A stretch of DNA of 64,000 bases, taken from contig CADBVV010000001.1 of NCBI GenBank assembly GCA_902798205.1, forward strand, positions 69,621 to 133,620, in the 5' to 3' direction. The notes under the pieces were generated by a model. The model ran no database searches and was not told where the DNA came from. It saw nothing but the letters and a program-made list of their open reading frames with translations. Every line of letters begins with the position of its first letter. Position 1 is the stretch's first letter. Shown piece after piece: positions 25,650 through 34,874 of the stretch. A program made the position numbers and the translations under genes. This DNA is from an uncultured Pseudomonadota bacterium. Its GTDB lineage: Bacteria > Pseudomonadota > Alphaproteobacteria > Rs-D84.

Positions 25650-27383
25650 TTACAATGGCATTTTAACAGCATCAACCATTTCAGAAATAAATTCTGACAA
25701 TGATTTAACTGATTGGCCTTCTTTACCTAAATGACGCAGTGTTACTGATTTGTCATTCATTTCTTTTTCACCAACAACCGCAATTATTGGTGTTTTTGCT
25801 AATGACAATTCACGCACTTTATAATTAACCTTTTCGTCACGCAAATCAGCACGTGCAATTACGCCAGCTTCACGCAAAGATTCGACGACTTCATTTGCAT
25901 AGTCCTTGAATTTTTCAGAAACAGGAACAACAACAACAGGTTCTGGGGACAACCACAATGGTAAATTACCACCAGTGGCCTCCAACAAGATTCCCATAAA
26001 TCTTTCAATAGAACCTAACATTGCACGATGCAACATAATTGGACGATGTTTTTCACCATCTTCACCAACATAAGACAAATCGAATCTTTCTGGCAAATTC
26101 ATATCCAATTGAACCGTACCACATTGCCATACGCGCCCCATAGAATCTTTCAAATAGTTATCGATTTTTGGACCATAGAACGCCGCATCGTGTTCTGCAA
26201 TTTCGTATTCAATTCCGTTTGCATCTAATGCATGTTTTAATGCACCTTCGGCTTTATCCCAAACTTCATCAGAACCAATTCTAAATTCGGACAAAGGACG
26301 CGTTGCCAATTTCATTGTGATTTTTTCAAAACCGAATTTTCCATAAACATCTTTGATAAAGCGCAAGATTTTTACAACTTCGCTTTCCAATTGTTCTTCT
26401 GTGCAGAAAATATGCGCATCGTCTTGAGTAAATTCACGAACACGCGTTAACCCCGATAAAGCACCGGCGGCTTCATAACGATTAACTTTACCAAATTCAG
26501 CCAAATACAATGGCAAATCTTTGTAAGATTTCATACCGTTACCGAACACCAACATTCCACCAGGACAAGACATAGGTTTCACACAGAAAACTTTGCCATC
26601 TTGTGTCGTACCAGAATAGTTATGTGCACCGTATTTTGCCCAATGGCCAGACTTTTCCCACAAACATCTATCCATTACAGACGGCGTAGAAATTTCTTGA
26701 TAGCCAGCCCTTTCTTGACGTGCACGAATATATTCAATCAATTTACGATAGATACGATAACCCTTGTCATGCCAAAAAACAGCACCCGGTGCAAATTCAG
26801 GTTCAAAATGGAACAAATCCATATCTTTACCCAATTTACGATTATCACGGGCAGCAGCTTCTTCTTGCATTTTCAAGAAAGATTCCAAAGCTTCTGCACT
26901 TTCAAATGCATCAACATAAATACGTTGCAACATTTTATTTTTAGAATCACCTTTCCAATAAGCGCCCGCAACATTACGGATTTTGAAACCATCCCTTGGC
27001 AAATCTTTACTGGACGCAACGTGTGGACCACGGCATAAATCTGTGAAATCACGGAAAGTATAAATTGATAATACTTCACCATTTGCATCATATTCATTCA
27101 ACCATTCCATTTTATAAGGTTGATTTTTAAAGATTTCTTTTGCTTCTTCCAGTGAAATTTCGCGTCTTTCAAAACGACCATCGCTTTTAATAAGTGATTT
27201 CATTTCTTTTTCGATTGCCGCAAAATCTTCTTCGCTGAATCTGTGTTCAGTATCAAAATCATAATAAAACCCATTTTCAATTGCCGGACCACCAGCGAAT
27301 TTAACATCTGGATATAATTTTTGAACTGCTGCCGCCATCACGTGTGCCAGTGAATGACGAACTGTTTCTATTGGATAAGACAT
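25650..27383 (-). CDS. thrS: Threonine--tRNA ligase lacking the N-terminal TGS domain
   Basis: 577 aa. It starts at the editing domain (RHSLAHVMAAAV, GPAIENGFYYDF). Class II core motifs (FRDFTDLCRGPH, RVREFTQDDAHIF) and an anticodon-binding domain are present. Confidence 0.92.
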   Translation of the reverse strand: MSYPIETVRHSLAHVMAAAVQKLYPDVKFAGGPAIENGFYYDFDTEHRFSEEDFAAIEKEMKSLIKSDGRFERREISLEEAKEIFKNQPYKMEWLNEYDANGEVLSIYTFRDFTDLCRGPHVASSKDLPRDGFKIRNVAGAYWKGDSKNKMLQRIYVDAFESAEALESFLKMQEEAAARDNRKLGKDMDLFHFEPEFAPGAVFWHDKGYRIYRKLIEYIRARQERAGYQEISTPSVMDRCLWEKSGHWAKYGAHNYSGTTQDGKVFCVKPMSCPGGMLVFGNGMKSYKDLPLYLAEFGKVNRYEAAGALSGLTRVREFTQDDAHIFCTEEQLESEVVKILRFIKDVYGKFGFEKITMKLATRPLSEFRIGSDEVWDKAEGALKHALDANGIEYEIAEHDAAFYGPKIDNYLKDSMGRVWQCGTVQLDMNLPERFDLSYVGEDGEKHRPIMLHRAMLGSIERFMGILLEATGGNLPLWLSPEPVVVVPVSEKFKDYANEVVESLREAGVIARADLRDEKVNYKVRELSLAKTPIIAVVGEKEMNDKSVTLRHLGKEGQSVKSLSEFISEMVDAVKMPL

Positions 27384-27557
27384 AATTTACCTTCTTCTTT
27401 TTTATATATTATTATTTAATTGCTTGCTTATTATAATACGCGCGATATTTTTGCGCAAATAAAAATCTATACCCCCAAAGGGGTTGTAGTAGTCAATGTC
27501 AAAATAAATAATTTATAAATCATGATTTGTATTTTAATACCATAAAAATAAAAAGTC

Positions 27558-27590
27558 AAAAAAAATCCGCCGTTTTGGCGGATTTTTTAT
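27558..27590 (-). terminator. Rho-independent terminator downstream of the TPR gene
   Basis: Stem atccgcc/ggcggat with loop gtttt, flanked by A- and T-runs. Confidence 0.7.
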
Positions 27591-27592
27591 CT

Positions 27593-28552
27593 TTAATTCA
27601 AACCATTTAAAAGGTTTTGAATTCGGTTCATACTTTCTTCATCGTTTAATGCAACCGCTATTGCAAAAGCAGATTCCAAATCAGTTTTTGCAGCATCAGT
27701 ATTTCCGATATTCAAATTCAATGCAGCAGATTTTTCAAAATATCCCATTGCATTGCTTGATTGTTCTTCACGCATATCCTGTGTTGGTGCGGCCTGAATT
27801 TGTTCACTGATTACACGAACAGCAGATGTATAATCATTAATTGCGTTTTCATATTCACCCAATGCTGTATATGCTTCTGCACGTTCTGCATAAACATTTG
27901 CAGAAATACTGCCTTCTGTTCTTGCCAAAGAATTTGTATAATCAGCAACAGCACCCTGCCAATTCTTTAACCACAAATTTAATTGACCGCGTTTAGCATA
28001 CAAATCACGCAAATTCAAAACATCTGTTGGTTTCATAGATTGTGCAGCCAATGCATTATTGATATCTGCCAATGCCGCATCATAATTTTCAAGACGTGTA
28101 TTCAACAAAGATCTGTCATAGAAAGCAACTGCATTCATACCGTCTATTTCCAGCGCAGAATCAAAATCGCTTAATGCTTTTTGATAATCACCCATTTGCA
28201 TATATGCTTCACCACGCAAAGTATAAGTATTAGAAGCAGCATTTGAATCAATTGCAGCATTCAAACTTGCAATCGCTGCATCCATATCACCAGCAACCAA
28301 TTGTTCTTTGGCTGACGCAATATAATCTTCTGATTGAAGCAACGCTTCTTCGACAACAGACACATTTGTACGTGGGTGTGTGAATTCATGACTGCGTCCC
28401 AATATATAAAAAGTAGAAGCAATAAAGAACAAAATTATAAACCAGTATGCATAAATTGACCAAGACCAAACATTAACGCAACAAGCGCCCTGATTGGCTT
28501 TGCTGGCAATTGCTGTAGACTTTGTTTTCTTTGTATTTTTTGTTTTCTTCAT
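27593..28552 (-). CDS. Membrane-anchored tetratricopeptide-repeat protein
   Basis: A basic N-terminus and one TM segment are followed by repeated TPR-like A..Y..RG.AY...G.Y..A..D...A units. Confidence 0.7.
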   Translation of the reverse strand: MKKTKNTKKTKSTAIASKANQGACCVNVWSWSIYAYWFIILFFIASTFYILGRSHEFTHPRTNVSVVEEALLQSEDYIASAKEQLVAGDMDAAIASLNAAIDSNAASNTYTLRGEAYMQMGDYQKALSDFDSALEIDGMNAVAFYDRSLLNTRLENYDAALADINNALAAQSMKPTDVLNLRDLYAKRGQLNLWLKNWQGAVADYTNSLARTEGSISANVYAERAEAYTALGEYENAINDYTSAVRVISEQIQAAPTQDMREEQSSNAMGYFEKSAALNLNIGNTDAAKTDLESAFAIAVALNDEESMNRIQNLLNGLN

Positions 28553-28581
28553 AAGAATCTCCCTTCCCTGTTAATCTGATT

Positions 28582-29280
28582 TTAGAAATTTTTTAATATC
28601 AGGTCAATTGTTTTCTTATCAATTTCTAAAATTTTTTCTGGTTTCAAATTTCCTAATTTTATTGGCCCATAAGAAATACGATGTAATGCCTTTACTGGCG
28701 ATCCAATATGTTTTAATACGATTCGAATTTCGTTCTTTTTTCCTTCGATAACAGTGATCTTTAAATTATGTTCATCTATTTCTTCTATTTTCATTGGGCG
28801 ATAATTCACACTGTCAACACAAACACCACCACGCGCAATATCCAAACCATGTTTTGTATATTTATTAACAGTTGCAATATATGTACGTTCAATATGATTT
28901 TGTGGCAAAGACATTTTTCGTGCAAAATCACCATTATTTGTTAACAACAATAATCCTGTTGTTTTAAAATCAAGACGCCCAATGTATTTTAAATTTTTAT
29001 ATTTTTTGTCCAACACATCATATATGGTTTTTCGTCCCAACGGATCACGTGCCGTTGTCATTGTATTAATCGGCTTATGAAAAGCATATAATTTAATATC
29101 TTCGTTTTTCTTTATTTCGTGCCCGTCCACACAAACTTTATCACCATCTTCAACAAAAAATACCGGCGTATCTATAATCTTTCCATTAACAGATACAACA
29201 CCACTTTGTATTAATTCTTCTGCGCCACGTCGTGATGCATAACCAGTGTCCGCGATAAACTTTGCCAATCTTGTTGTCAT
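28582..29280 (-). CDS. Pseudouridine synthase, RsuA/RluB family (S4 domain plus catalytic domain)
   Basis: N-terminal S4-like RLAKFIADTGYASRRGAEELI and the catalytic motif IGRLDFKTTGLLLLTN. Confidence 0.8.
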   Translation of the reverse strand: MTTRLAKFIADTGYASRRGAEELIQSGVVSVNGKIIDTPVFFVEDGDKVCVDGHEIKKNEDIKLYAFHKPINTMTTARDPLGRKTIYDVLDKKYKNLKYIGRLDFKTTGLLLLTNNGDFARKMSLPQNHIERTYIATVNKYTKHGLDIARGGVCVDSVNYRPMKIEEIDEHNLKITVIEGKKNEIRIVLKHIGSPVKALHRISYGPIKLGNLKPEKILEIDKKTIDLILKNF

Positions 29281-29936
29281 TAATCTAACACCTTTGCTAT
29301 TGCAACTGTTGCTGCAGTTTCTGCACGTAATATTGTTTTACCCAACGACAAACCAGAAACCCCTGCTTTATCCATCTTTTCAAATTCTGCCGGTGAAAAG
29401 CCCCCTTCGGGTCCAATCAACAATCTTTTACCAGAAATCTTTTTATCTATGTTTTCTTTACCATGTGCAAATCTTTCATCTGCAACAATTAAACCAGATA
29501 AATCTAAATCATCAAATTTAACTGGTTCCATCAATTGTGGCACACTGTTACGATTTGATTGTTCGCATGCTTCAATTATAATTTTTCTTATACGGCCCCA
29601 ATTTATATGTCCTGCAACCGTCCGATTAGTAATCACAGGAACAAAAGTCCCAACACCCATTTGTGTTGCCATATTAACCAATTCATCAGTCTTTTTAATT
29701 GGTGCAAAATAAAGCATTAAATCATTAGATGGGTCAATATGATCTGTCTTTTCACCTATTATCATATTGTTATTATCCACGGATAATTTTGCACTGTATT
29801 CATCACCATTATTAAATACCAGGCAATCATCCCGACGCATTACACGACGCAGATAATGAACAACATCTTTATCAATAACAACCGATTTTCCTGGTTCTAA
29901 TTTTTCGTTTATAAATATTCTTGGTATATTTTGCAT
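29280..29936 (-). CDS. rsmE: 16S rRNA (uracil1498-N3)-methyltransferase RsmE
   Basis: The start was moved to MQNIPRIF. HYLRRVMR and the C-terminal LIGPEGGFSPAE...LGKTILRAETA are typical of RsmE. Confidence 0.83.
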   Translation of the reverse strand: MQNIPRIFINEKLEPGKSVVIDKDVVHYLRRVMRRDDCLVFNNGDEYSAKLSVDNNNMIIGEKTDHIDPSNDLMLYFAPIKKTDELVNMATQMGVGTFVPVITNRTVAGHINWGRIRKIIIEACEQSNRNSVPQLMEPVKFDDLDLSGLIVADERFAHGKENIDKKISGKRLLIGPEGGFSPAEFEKMDKAGVSGLSLGKTILRAETAATVAIAKVLD

Positions 29937-29973
29937 TTTTTTTATCTTTAATGTATAAAAAGGTTTCTTTTTA

Positions 29974-29982
29974 TGATATAAT
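29974..29982 (+). promoter_or_regulatory. Candidate extended -10 element (TGATATAAT) just upstream of the coupling-protein ATG
   Basis: Matches TGnTATAAT and ends 7 nt before the ATG at 29990. No Shine-Dalgarno lies between them. Chance matches are common in AT-rich DNA. Confidence 0.2.
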
Positions 29983-29989
29983 ATCAATC

Positions 29990-32257
29990 ATGGCAATAAA
30001 GTTCAACATTTTATCAAACAGTGGTTCTGGCAAAGGATTAAAAATCTTTGAATCCAGTGCATATAAAGAACACGAACAAACACCAATGGCGCGAAAATTC
30101 TGGAATATTCGCTGGAATGTTGGTATTTGGATAATATGCGCAATTTTGTTTGGATTATCTTTTGCAGTTGAACACATATGGCGATACGGTTGGGGCCCGG
30201 CCAGCATACATTGGGCTTTATTATATTGTAAAAATTTGCTTTTAACATTTGGACTTTCCGCAATTGCAGAGGTTCCATATTGGATATCACGCACATTGCA
30301 ACACCCAGATTTTGCATCCATCACACCCTTATTGCCAATATTGGGATATTATTTCTTGGTGGATGATACATTTAAATCAGAATTTAACCCACACGGCAAA
30401 GATAATTATGATGAAAAATCTGCACGCAAAGCAACTGCTGATGACATCAAAAAAATGGGGCAAGATCCAAAAAACAAAGAAGGTCTTTTCAATGGTTTTA
30501 TGATGGTTCTTGGATATTTCAAATATAAAAATAAATCAACACCATTAATGTTTGACGAAGCGTTATCTGCGTTATGTTTGGCGCCTCCGGGAACTGGTAA
30601 AACCGCTGGGGTTGTTATTCCAACTATTTTAGATTGTGATAAGGTATCAATGATTATTAACGACCCTAAACCTGAATTAAAACAGGCCACATCTGGATAC
30701 AGGGCAACGGTTGGACCGGTATTTATTATGAATTGGGCGGGCCAGGATGATCCACAACGTGGTATATATTACCCATCGTGGAACCCCCTTTCACCGGAAC
30801 ACGTTCCATATAATTCGGAGCAACGCGATTTGTACATTGATGCAATATGCAAAGTATTGGTCCCGGATGCAAAATCTGGCACCGCTGATCCGCACTGGGC
30901 AAATACAGGACGTGCCGGATTGTCCGGATTGGTAAACTTTATTGTATCAAAAGTAGAACGTGCCAAGGCCGATGATTATTTCTATACACGTTTGAACAAT
31001 GGAACATTTAACAGTGATGATGCCGCATTACTGGGCGATTATTATTTATCAATGATGAATGACCCAAATGCTTATGCCGCATATTCTTTATTACAGAAAG
31101 GCGAATTAAACACAACAAATTATGTTCATGTTGGAACATGGGCAAACATACAAGATTCATGGCGTGGCAAAGAAGCTTCGTTTGCAATGATTCTTGATTG
31201 GTTAACATCTTCCCAGGTTGCAATTGCCGAAGAAATGGAAGAACGCAGAAGACAAGGCGACCAAATGGTTATGATGGCAGATCCAATGAAAGATTTGCTG
31301 TTAAATGCTGTTGAAGAAGCCCGTCGTTATGCATATGCCAATCGTGCGGTTTCTGAATTAACACAATTAGCAAACACACCAGATAAAGAACGCGGATCTA
31401 TTTTATCTACAATGATGGAAGGTTTGGCAATATTCCGTAATGCCGCGGTCCGCAACAGAACATCTCATTCTGATTTTCATTTTGCCGATTTGCGCGGAAT
31501 GAAAGACCCAAGGGATGGAAAAATAAAACCAGTAACCGTTTATTTATCCATTAATATGGTTGACGCCCAGGCATTAAACCCTATCACTGCTATATTCATT
31601 GAATTAATGTCTAATTATTTGTTGGCACATAACACAGATCAGGTTGTTGATGGTGTAAAAATGGGACCATGCCCAGTATTATTCGTCCTTGATGAAATGC
31701 CAAAGATGCAAAAATTGGATGCGGTTATTCAGGGACCAGATTTGGGACGCGGCCAAAAAGTGTCTTACCTTATTATTGGTCAGGACATTCACCAAATCAG
31801 TGAAAGATATGGCAATGATGCAGCATCAACAATTATTTCCACCACGGCCGCAAAAATTGTTATGCGCCAAAACGATATTGAAACAGCAAAGAAATTTGCC
31901 AGCATGATCGGTATGAAGAAAACAAAGAAAATCGAAATCAAAGACGACAAAGAAGTTGAAACACCAAAAGAAGAGCCACTTTACAGTGAATACGACATCA
32001 TGAAACTTGGTAAAGGGAAACAGATTGTTATCTATCAAGGATGGTATCATCGTCCAATAGAAGCAGAACAAGAATTCCACTTCCTTAATAAAACACCAGT
32101 ACAAAAAAGATTGCACGAAAAAGTGCTGATGGGTGAAGCATCCCCATTACCTGAATTTTTGATTCCAAGCCATCATGCAATTATGGGATATGACGGAACC
32201 CCACGTGTTTTGAATCCAAACACTAATGAAATAAAAATATTGGAACCTTTGCATTAA
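29990..32257 (+). CDS. virD4: Type IV secretion coupling protein, VirD4/TraG family
   Basis: The start was moved to MAIKFNIL. Two N-terminal TM segments, Walker A LAPPGTGKTAGVVIPT, WNPL, ERGSILST and Walker B VLFVLDEMPKM, followed by IIGQDIHQI. Confidence 0.78.
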   Translation: MAIKFNILSNSGSGKGLKIFESSAYKEHEQTPMARKFWNIRWNVGIWIICAILFGLSFAVEHIWRYGWGPASIHWALLYCKNLLLTFGLSAIAEVPYWISRTLQHPDFASITPLLPILGYYFLVDDTFKSEFNPHGKDNYDEKSARKATADDIKKMGQDPKNKEGLFNGFMMVLGYFKYKNKSTPLMFDEALSALCLAPPGTGKTAGVVIPTILDCDKVSMIINDPKPELKQATSGYRATVGPVFIMNWAGQDDPQRGIYYPSWNPLSPEHVPYNSEQRDLYIDAICKVLVPDAKSGTADPHWANTGRAGLSGLVNFIVSKVERAKADDYFYTRLNNGTFNSDDAALLGDYYLSMMNDPNAYAAYSLLQKGELNTTNYVHVGTWANIQDSWRGKEASFAMILDWLTSSQVAIAEEMEERRRQGDQMVMMADPMKDLLLNAVEEARRYAYANRAVSELTQLANTPDKERGSILSTMMEGLAIFRNAAVRNRTSHSDFHFADLRGMKDPRDGKIKPVTVYLSINMVDAQALNPITAIFIELMSNYLLAHNTDQVVDGVKMGPCPVLFVLDEMPKMQKLDAVIQGPDLGRGQKVSYLIIGQDIHQISERYGNDAASTIISTTAAKIVMRQNDIETAKKFASMIGMKKTKKIEIKDDKEVETPKEEPLYSEYDIMKLGKGKQIVIYQGWYHRPIEAEQEFHFLNKTPVQKRLHEKVLMGEASPLPEFLIPSHHAIMGYDGTPRVLNPNTNEIKILEPLH

Positions 32258-32275
32258 GTGTTTTATAATCAGTAT

Positions 32276-33478
32276 ATGCGAAAAATATTATATATCGTAT
32301 TTGGTTTATCTTTATGCGGATGTGCATCAACTATGCAATCTCATTTGAATGATATACAAAATAATTTTGCAGATTCAAATTTCCAAACAACAACCGAAGA
32401 AACACCCGCAGAACAAAACAATCTTGATTTGTTAATCAATGGAAACGCCCTGTTCCTTGATGGCAAATATGCGGAAAGCGATAAAACTTTCGAAGAATTT
32501 AACAAAAGAAATTTAAACGAAACATCAACATCTGTATCGCGCGAAACCGCTGGTTTATTATTTGGACAAAGTGTTAATTCTTATAAACCATACATGATGG
32601 ATTCACTTTTCGTATCTTATTATCAAATATGGTATTTGTTGGCATTGCATGAATGGTCAAATGCACGCGTTGTTATAAATCAATCTTATCAGCGTCAACA
32701 AGATATGTCACGCGAATATAAGAAATTAATTGAAGAAAATAAAAAAGAAGTCAGCGAAAATAATCAAGTTGCCGAATTTATCGATAAAAACCAATCCGAC
32801 TGGTTGGCATTTCGTGATATTATGAATCCGGCATTAATGTATTTATCTGGAATATATTTTCTTAATGATGGCGATTTTGATAATGCAACAACATACCTTA
32901 AACGCGCAAACGGTATGGCACCGAACAATAAATATATCAAACAAGATTTGGAATTGGCCCAGAAAAAAATTCGCCCTACAAATACACAATGGAAATTTAC
33001 AGAAACAGGTTTTGCACCACGACTTCGCGAATCAAATGCATCTATTTATTTATTTGGTATTGGCCTTGTTCAATTTACTTTTTCTGATGCCTATCAAATG
33101 CCAAATTACACTATTCCACAAAATTCAGAAATGCTGGCCAATGTTGATGCCATGTTTATGACAGAATATAATGAATATAAAACAAATGAAATATTGCGTG
33201 CATATGCAGCCGCCGTCGCAAAAACAACAGCCCAAACAATGATTTATCATTCTAATTCAAATCATGCGGCATTATTTGGGGTAATGTCTTCAATTTATAC
33301 TGCCGCTTCTTCAAACGCAGATGTTCGCACATGGGCAACATTACCAAAATATATTTATGTTGAGCGCACAAAAAAATCTGATAACATCAAAACAAATGAT
33401 TTAATTTATGTTCGTGAAATAAATGGAAATATAACAGAAACAAAAACGATAGAATTAACAAAAGGAGAACACAAATGA
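32276..33478 (+). CDS. Lipoprotein, helical/TPR-like (possibly the conserved partner of LpoB-like lipoproteins)
   Basis: The start was moved to MRKILYIVFGLSLCGC, which carries a lipobox. The protein is helix-rich. Its stop overlaps the next gene's start (ATGA). Confidence 0.7.
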   Translation: MRKILYIVFGLSLCGCASTMQSHLNDIQNNFADSNFQTTTEETPAEQNNLDLLINGNALFLDGKYAESDKTFEEFNKRNLNETSTSVSRETAGLLFGQSVNSYKPYMMDSLFVSYYQIWYLLALHEWSNARVVINQSYQRQQDMSREYKKLIEENKKEVSENNQVAEFIDKNQSDWLAFRDIMNPALMYLSGIYFLNDGDFDNATTYLKRANGMAPNNKYIKQDLELAQKKIRPTNTQWKFTETGFAPRLRESNASIYLFGIGLVQFTFSDAYQMPNYTIPQNSEMLANVDAMFMTEYNEYKTNEILRAYAAAVAKTTAQTMIYHSNSNHAALFGVMSSIYTAASSNADVRTWATLPKYIYVERTKKSDNIKTNDLIYVREINGNITETKTIELTKGEHK

Positions 33479-34080
33479 AACGAATGATACCAATGGCTCT
33501 TTGCCTGGCACTGTGTGCATGTGGTGGAACACGTGTCGTTGATTTAAATGACAAAGATGAAGTTAATGCAATGCAACATGTTATGGAATTGGAATATCGC
33601 GATTGGACAAATACTGCTGAAAAAATGACTAATTCCATGATTAACAGCGGTGCATTAAAATCTGAACCAAAACCAATTATCGCAATGGGCAATATTGTCA
33701 ACGATACAACACAACGTTTTGATACCGATGTCTTGACCAAGAAAATCAGAACAACCTTGTTGAATTCTGGCAAAGCACAAATTGCAACTAACTTTTCTGG
33801 TGCAGATACAAATTCAGAAAAAATGCGTGCACAACGCGACAATGCAGAATATGATCAAAAAACAATTGCACAAAAAGGCACTTTGGTTGCACCAAACATG
33901 TCATTGTCTGGAAAAATGTTGCAAAGAAACTTGAAATTGGAATCTGGTTGGTTTTCATCTGTTGATACACGTGTAGAATATTATCTGCAATTAACATTAA
34001 CAGATTTGAAAACAGGTTTATCAGTTTGGGAAGACGAACAACCTATTATCAAAGAAGGCAAAGACGCACCAACTTGGTAA
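33475..34080 (+). CDS. LpoB-like (COG3417-type) lipoprotein
   Basis: Lipobox LALCAC. The blocks RDWTNTAEKMTNSMI, IIAMGNIVNDTTQRFDTDVLTKKIRTTLLNSGK and YYLQLTLTDLKTGLSVWE parallel E. coli LpoB blocks as I remember them. Confidence 0.6.
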   Translation: MKRMIPMALCLALCACGGTRVVDLNDKDEVNAMQHVMELEYRDWTNTAEKMTNSMINSGALKSEPKPIIAMGNIVNDTTQRFDTDVLTKKIRTTLLNSGKAQIATNFSGADTNSEKMRAQRDNAEYDQKTIAQKGTLVAPNMSLSGKMLQRNLKLESGWFSSVDTRVEYYLQLTLTDLKTGLSVWEDEQPIIKEGKDAPTW

Positions 34081-34097
34081 TCATAAACAAAAGAAAT

Positions 34098-34129
34098 AAA
34101 AACACCGACAAAATTGTCGGTGTTTTTTT
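34098..34129. terminator. Bidirectional terminator between converging genes
   Basis: Stem acaccgaca/tgtcggtgt with a 4-nt loop, flanked by A- and T-runs. The T-run overlaps the stop codon of the bamB-like gene. Confidence 0.7.
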
Positions 34130-34871
34130 ATAACCATGATGATTTTATTAACGAACCATCTTTTGAATTTATCCGCTGTTTTCCAACGGTTATAATTTTT
34201 TCATTATAATTTGGTTTAACTTGTCTTTTGATTTCAGCCCGCCAATAAACTTCACCATTTTGCTTGTTTATTGCATATAAATTATTATCTGTTCCAACAA
34301 CAAAGATGAAATCATCAACCATTATAAAATCAACACCAGTTGAAATATTCAAACACCATACTTTGTCACCAGTATTTGCATTTAATTTACAAAACGCATC
34401 GCCCAGTCCCCCAGCATAAACATATTTCCCATCAATACCGACATGGGCGATAATATCAACCATTGATGCACCGCCGGTTAAATTATTTGCGCGAAAAACA
34501 TCTGTTACCCAAACAGGCTTTTTTGACGACGTATTTATCTTTATTACTTCCCCTGTGGACAGGCCGGTATAAATAAAATTGCCATCACATATTGGTGATT
34601 GATTTGATTTGACCGCACTGTTTGTTGCAAAACCAGCCCAGATTTTTTTATCATTCAACCATATTATGTTTGATTTGTCTTGTCTGTATTCACAATTTGC
34701 ATCACCAGATATATTGGTTATGTTACCAGATAATTCTGGCACTTCGCGATTTTGCACAATAACATCATTTGCGTCAAAAATATCACTGCGCACACCAGGC
34801 AATATCGGATCATGTTTTGAACACGAAGATATTGCAAAGGCACATAATAAAAATGCAAATACTTTTTTCAT
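34128..34871 (-). CDS. bamB: PQQ-like beta-propeller lipoprotein, short BamB-like protein
   Basis: Lipobox AISSCS. Repeated G.vy.in..tG...W blades (EVIKINTSSKKPVW, FCKLNANTGDKVW, NLYAINKQNGEVYW). It lies immediately downstream of a YfgM-like gene, as in the yfgM-bamB arrangement. Confidence 0.62.
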   Translation of the reverse strand: MKKVFAFLLCAFAISSCSKHDPILPGVRSDIFDANDVIVQNREVPELSGNITNISGDANCEYRQDKSNIIWLNDKKIWAGFATNSAVKSNQSPICDGNFIYTGLSTGEVIKINTSSKKPVWVTDVFRANNLTGGASMVDIIAHVGIDGKYVYAGGLGDAFCKLNANTGDKVWCLNISTGVDFIMVDDFIFVVGTDNNLYAINKQNGEVYWRAEIKRQVKPNYNEKIITVGKQRINSKDGSLIKSSWL

Positions 34872-34874
34872 ATT

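Noticed and set aside
25601-25675. Long form (71 aa) of the small lipoprotein ORF
   Set aside because: It would overlap the thrS 3' end. The internal start at 25600 yields a proper lipoprotein signal peptide.
27384-27592. Possible regulatory RNA, leader or small RNA upstream of thrS
   Set aside because: I found only a tiny CCCC-AAA-GGGG hairpin and the neighbouring gene's terminator. There is no conserved riboswitch or T-box-like structure I can recognise by eye. Covariance-model searching would be needed.
29990-32257. Assigning the coupling protein to DotL/IcmO (type IVB) because of its ~755-aa length
   Set aside because: The Walker A context and the WNPL / ERGS / LDE motifs follow the VirD4/TraG (type IVA) pattern. 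They do not match the DotL sequence as I recall it. No dot/icm neighbours are present.
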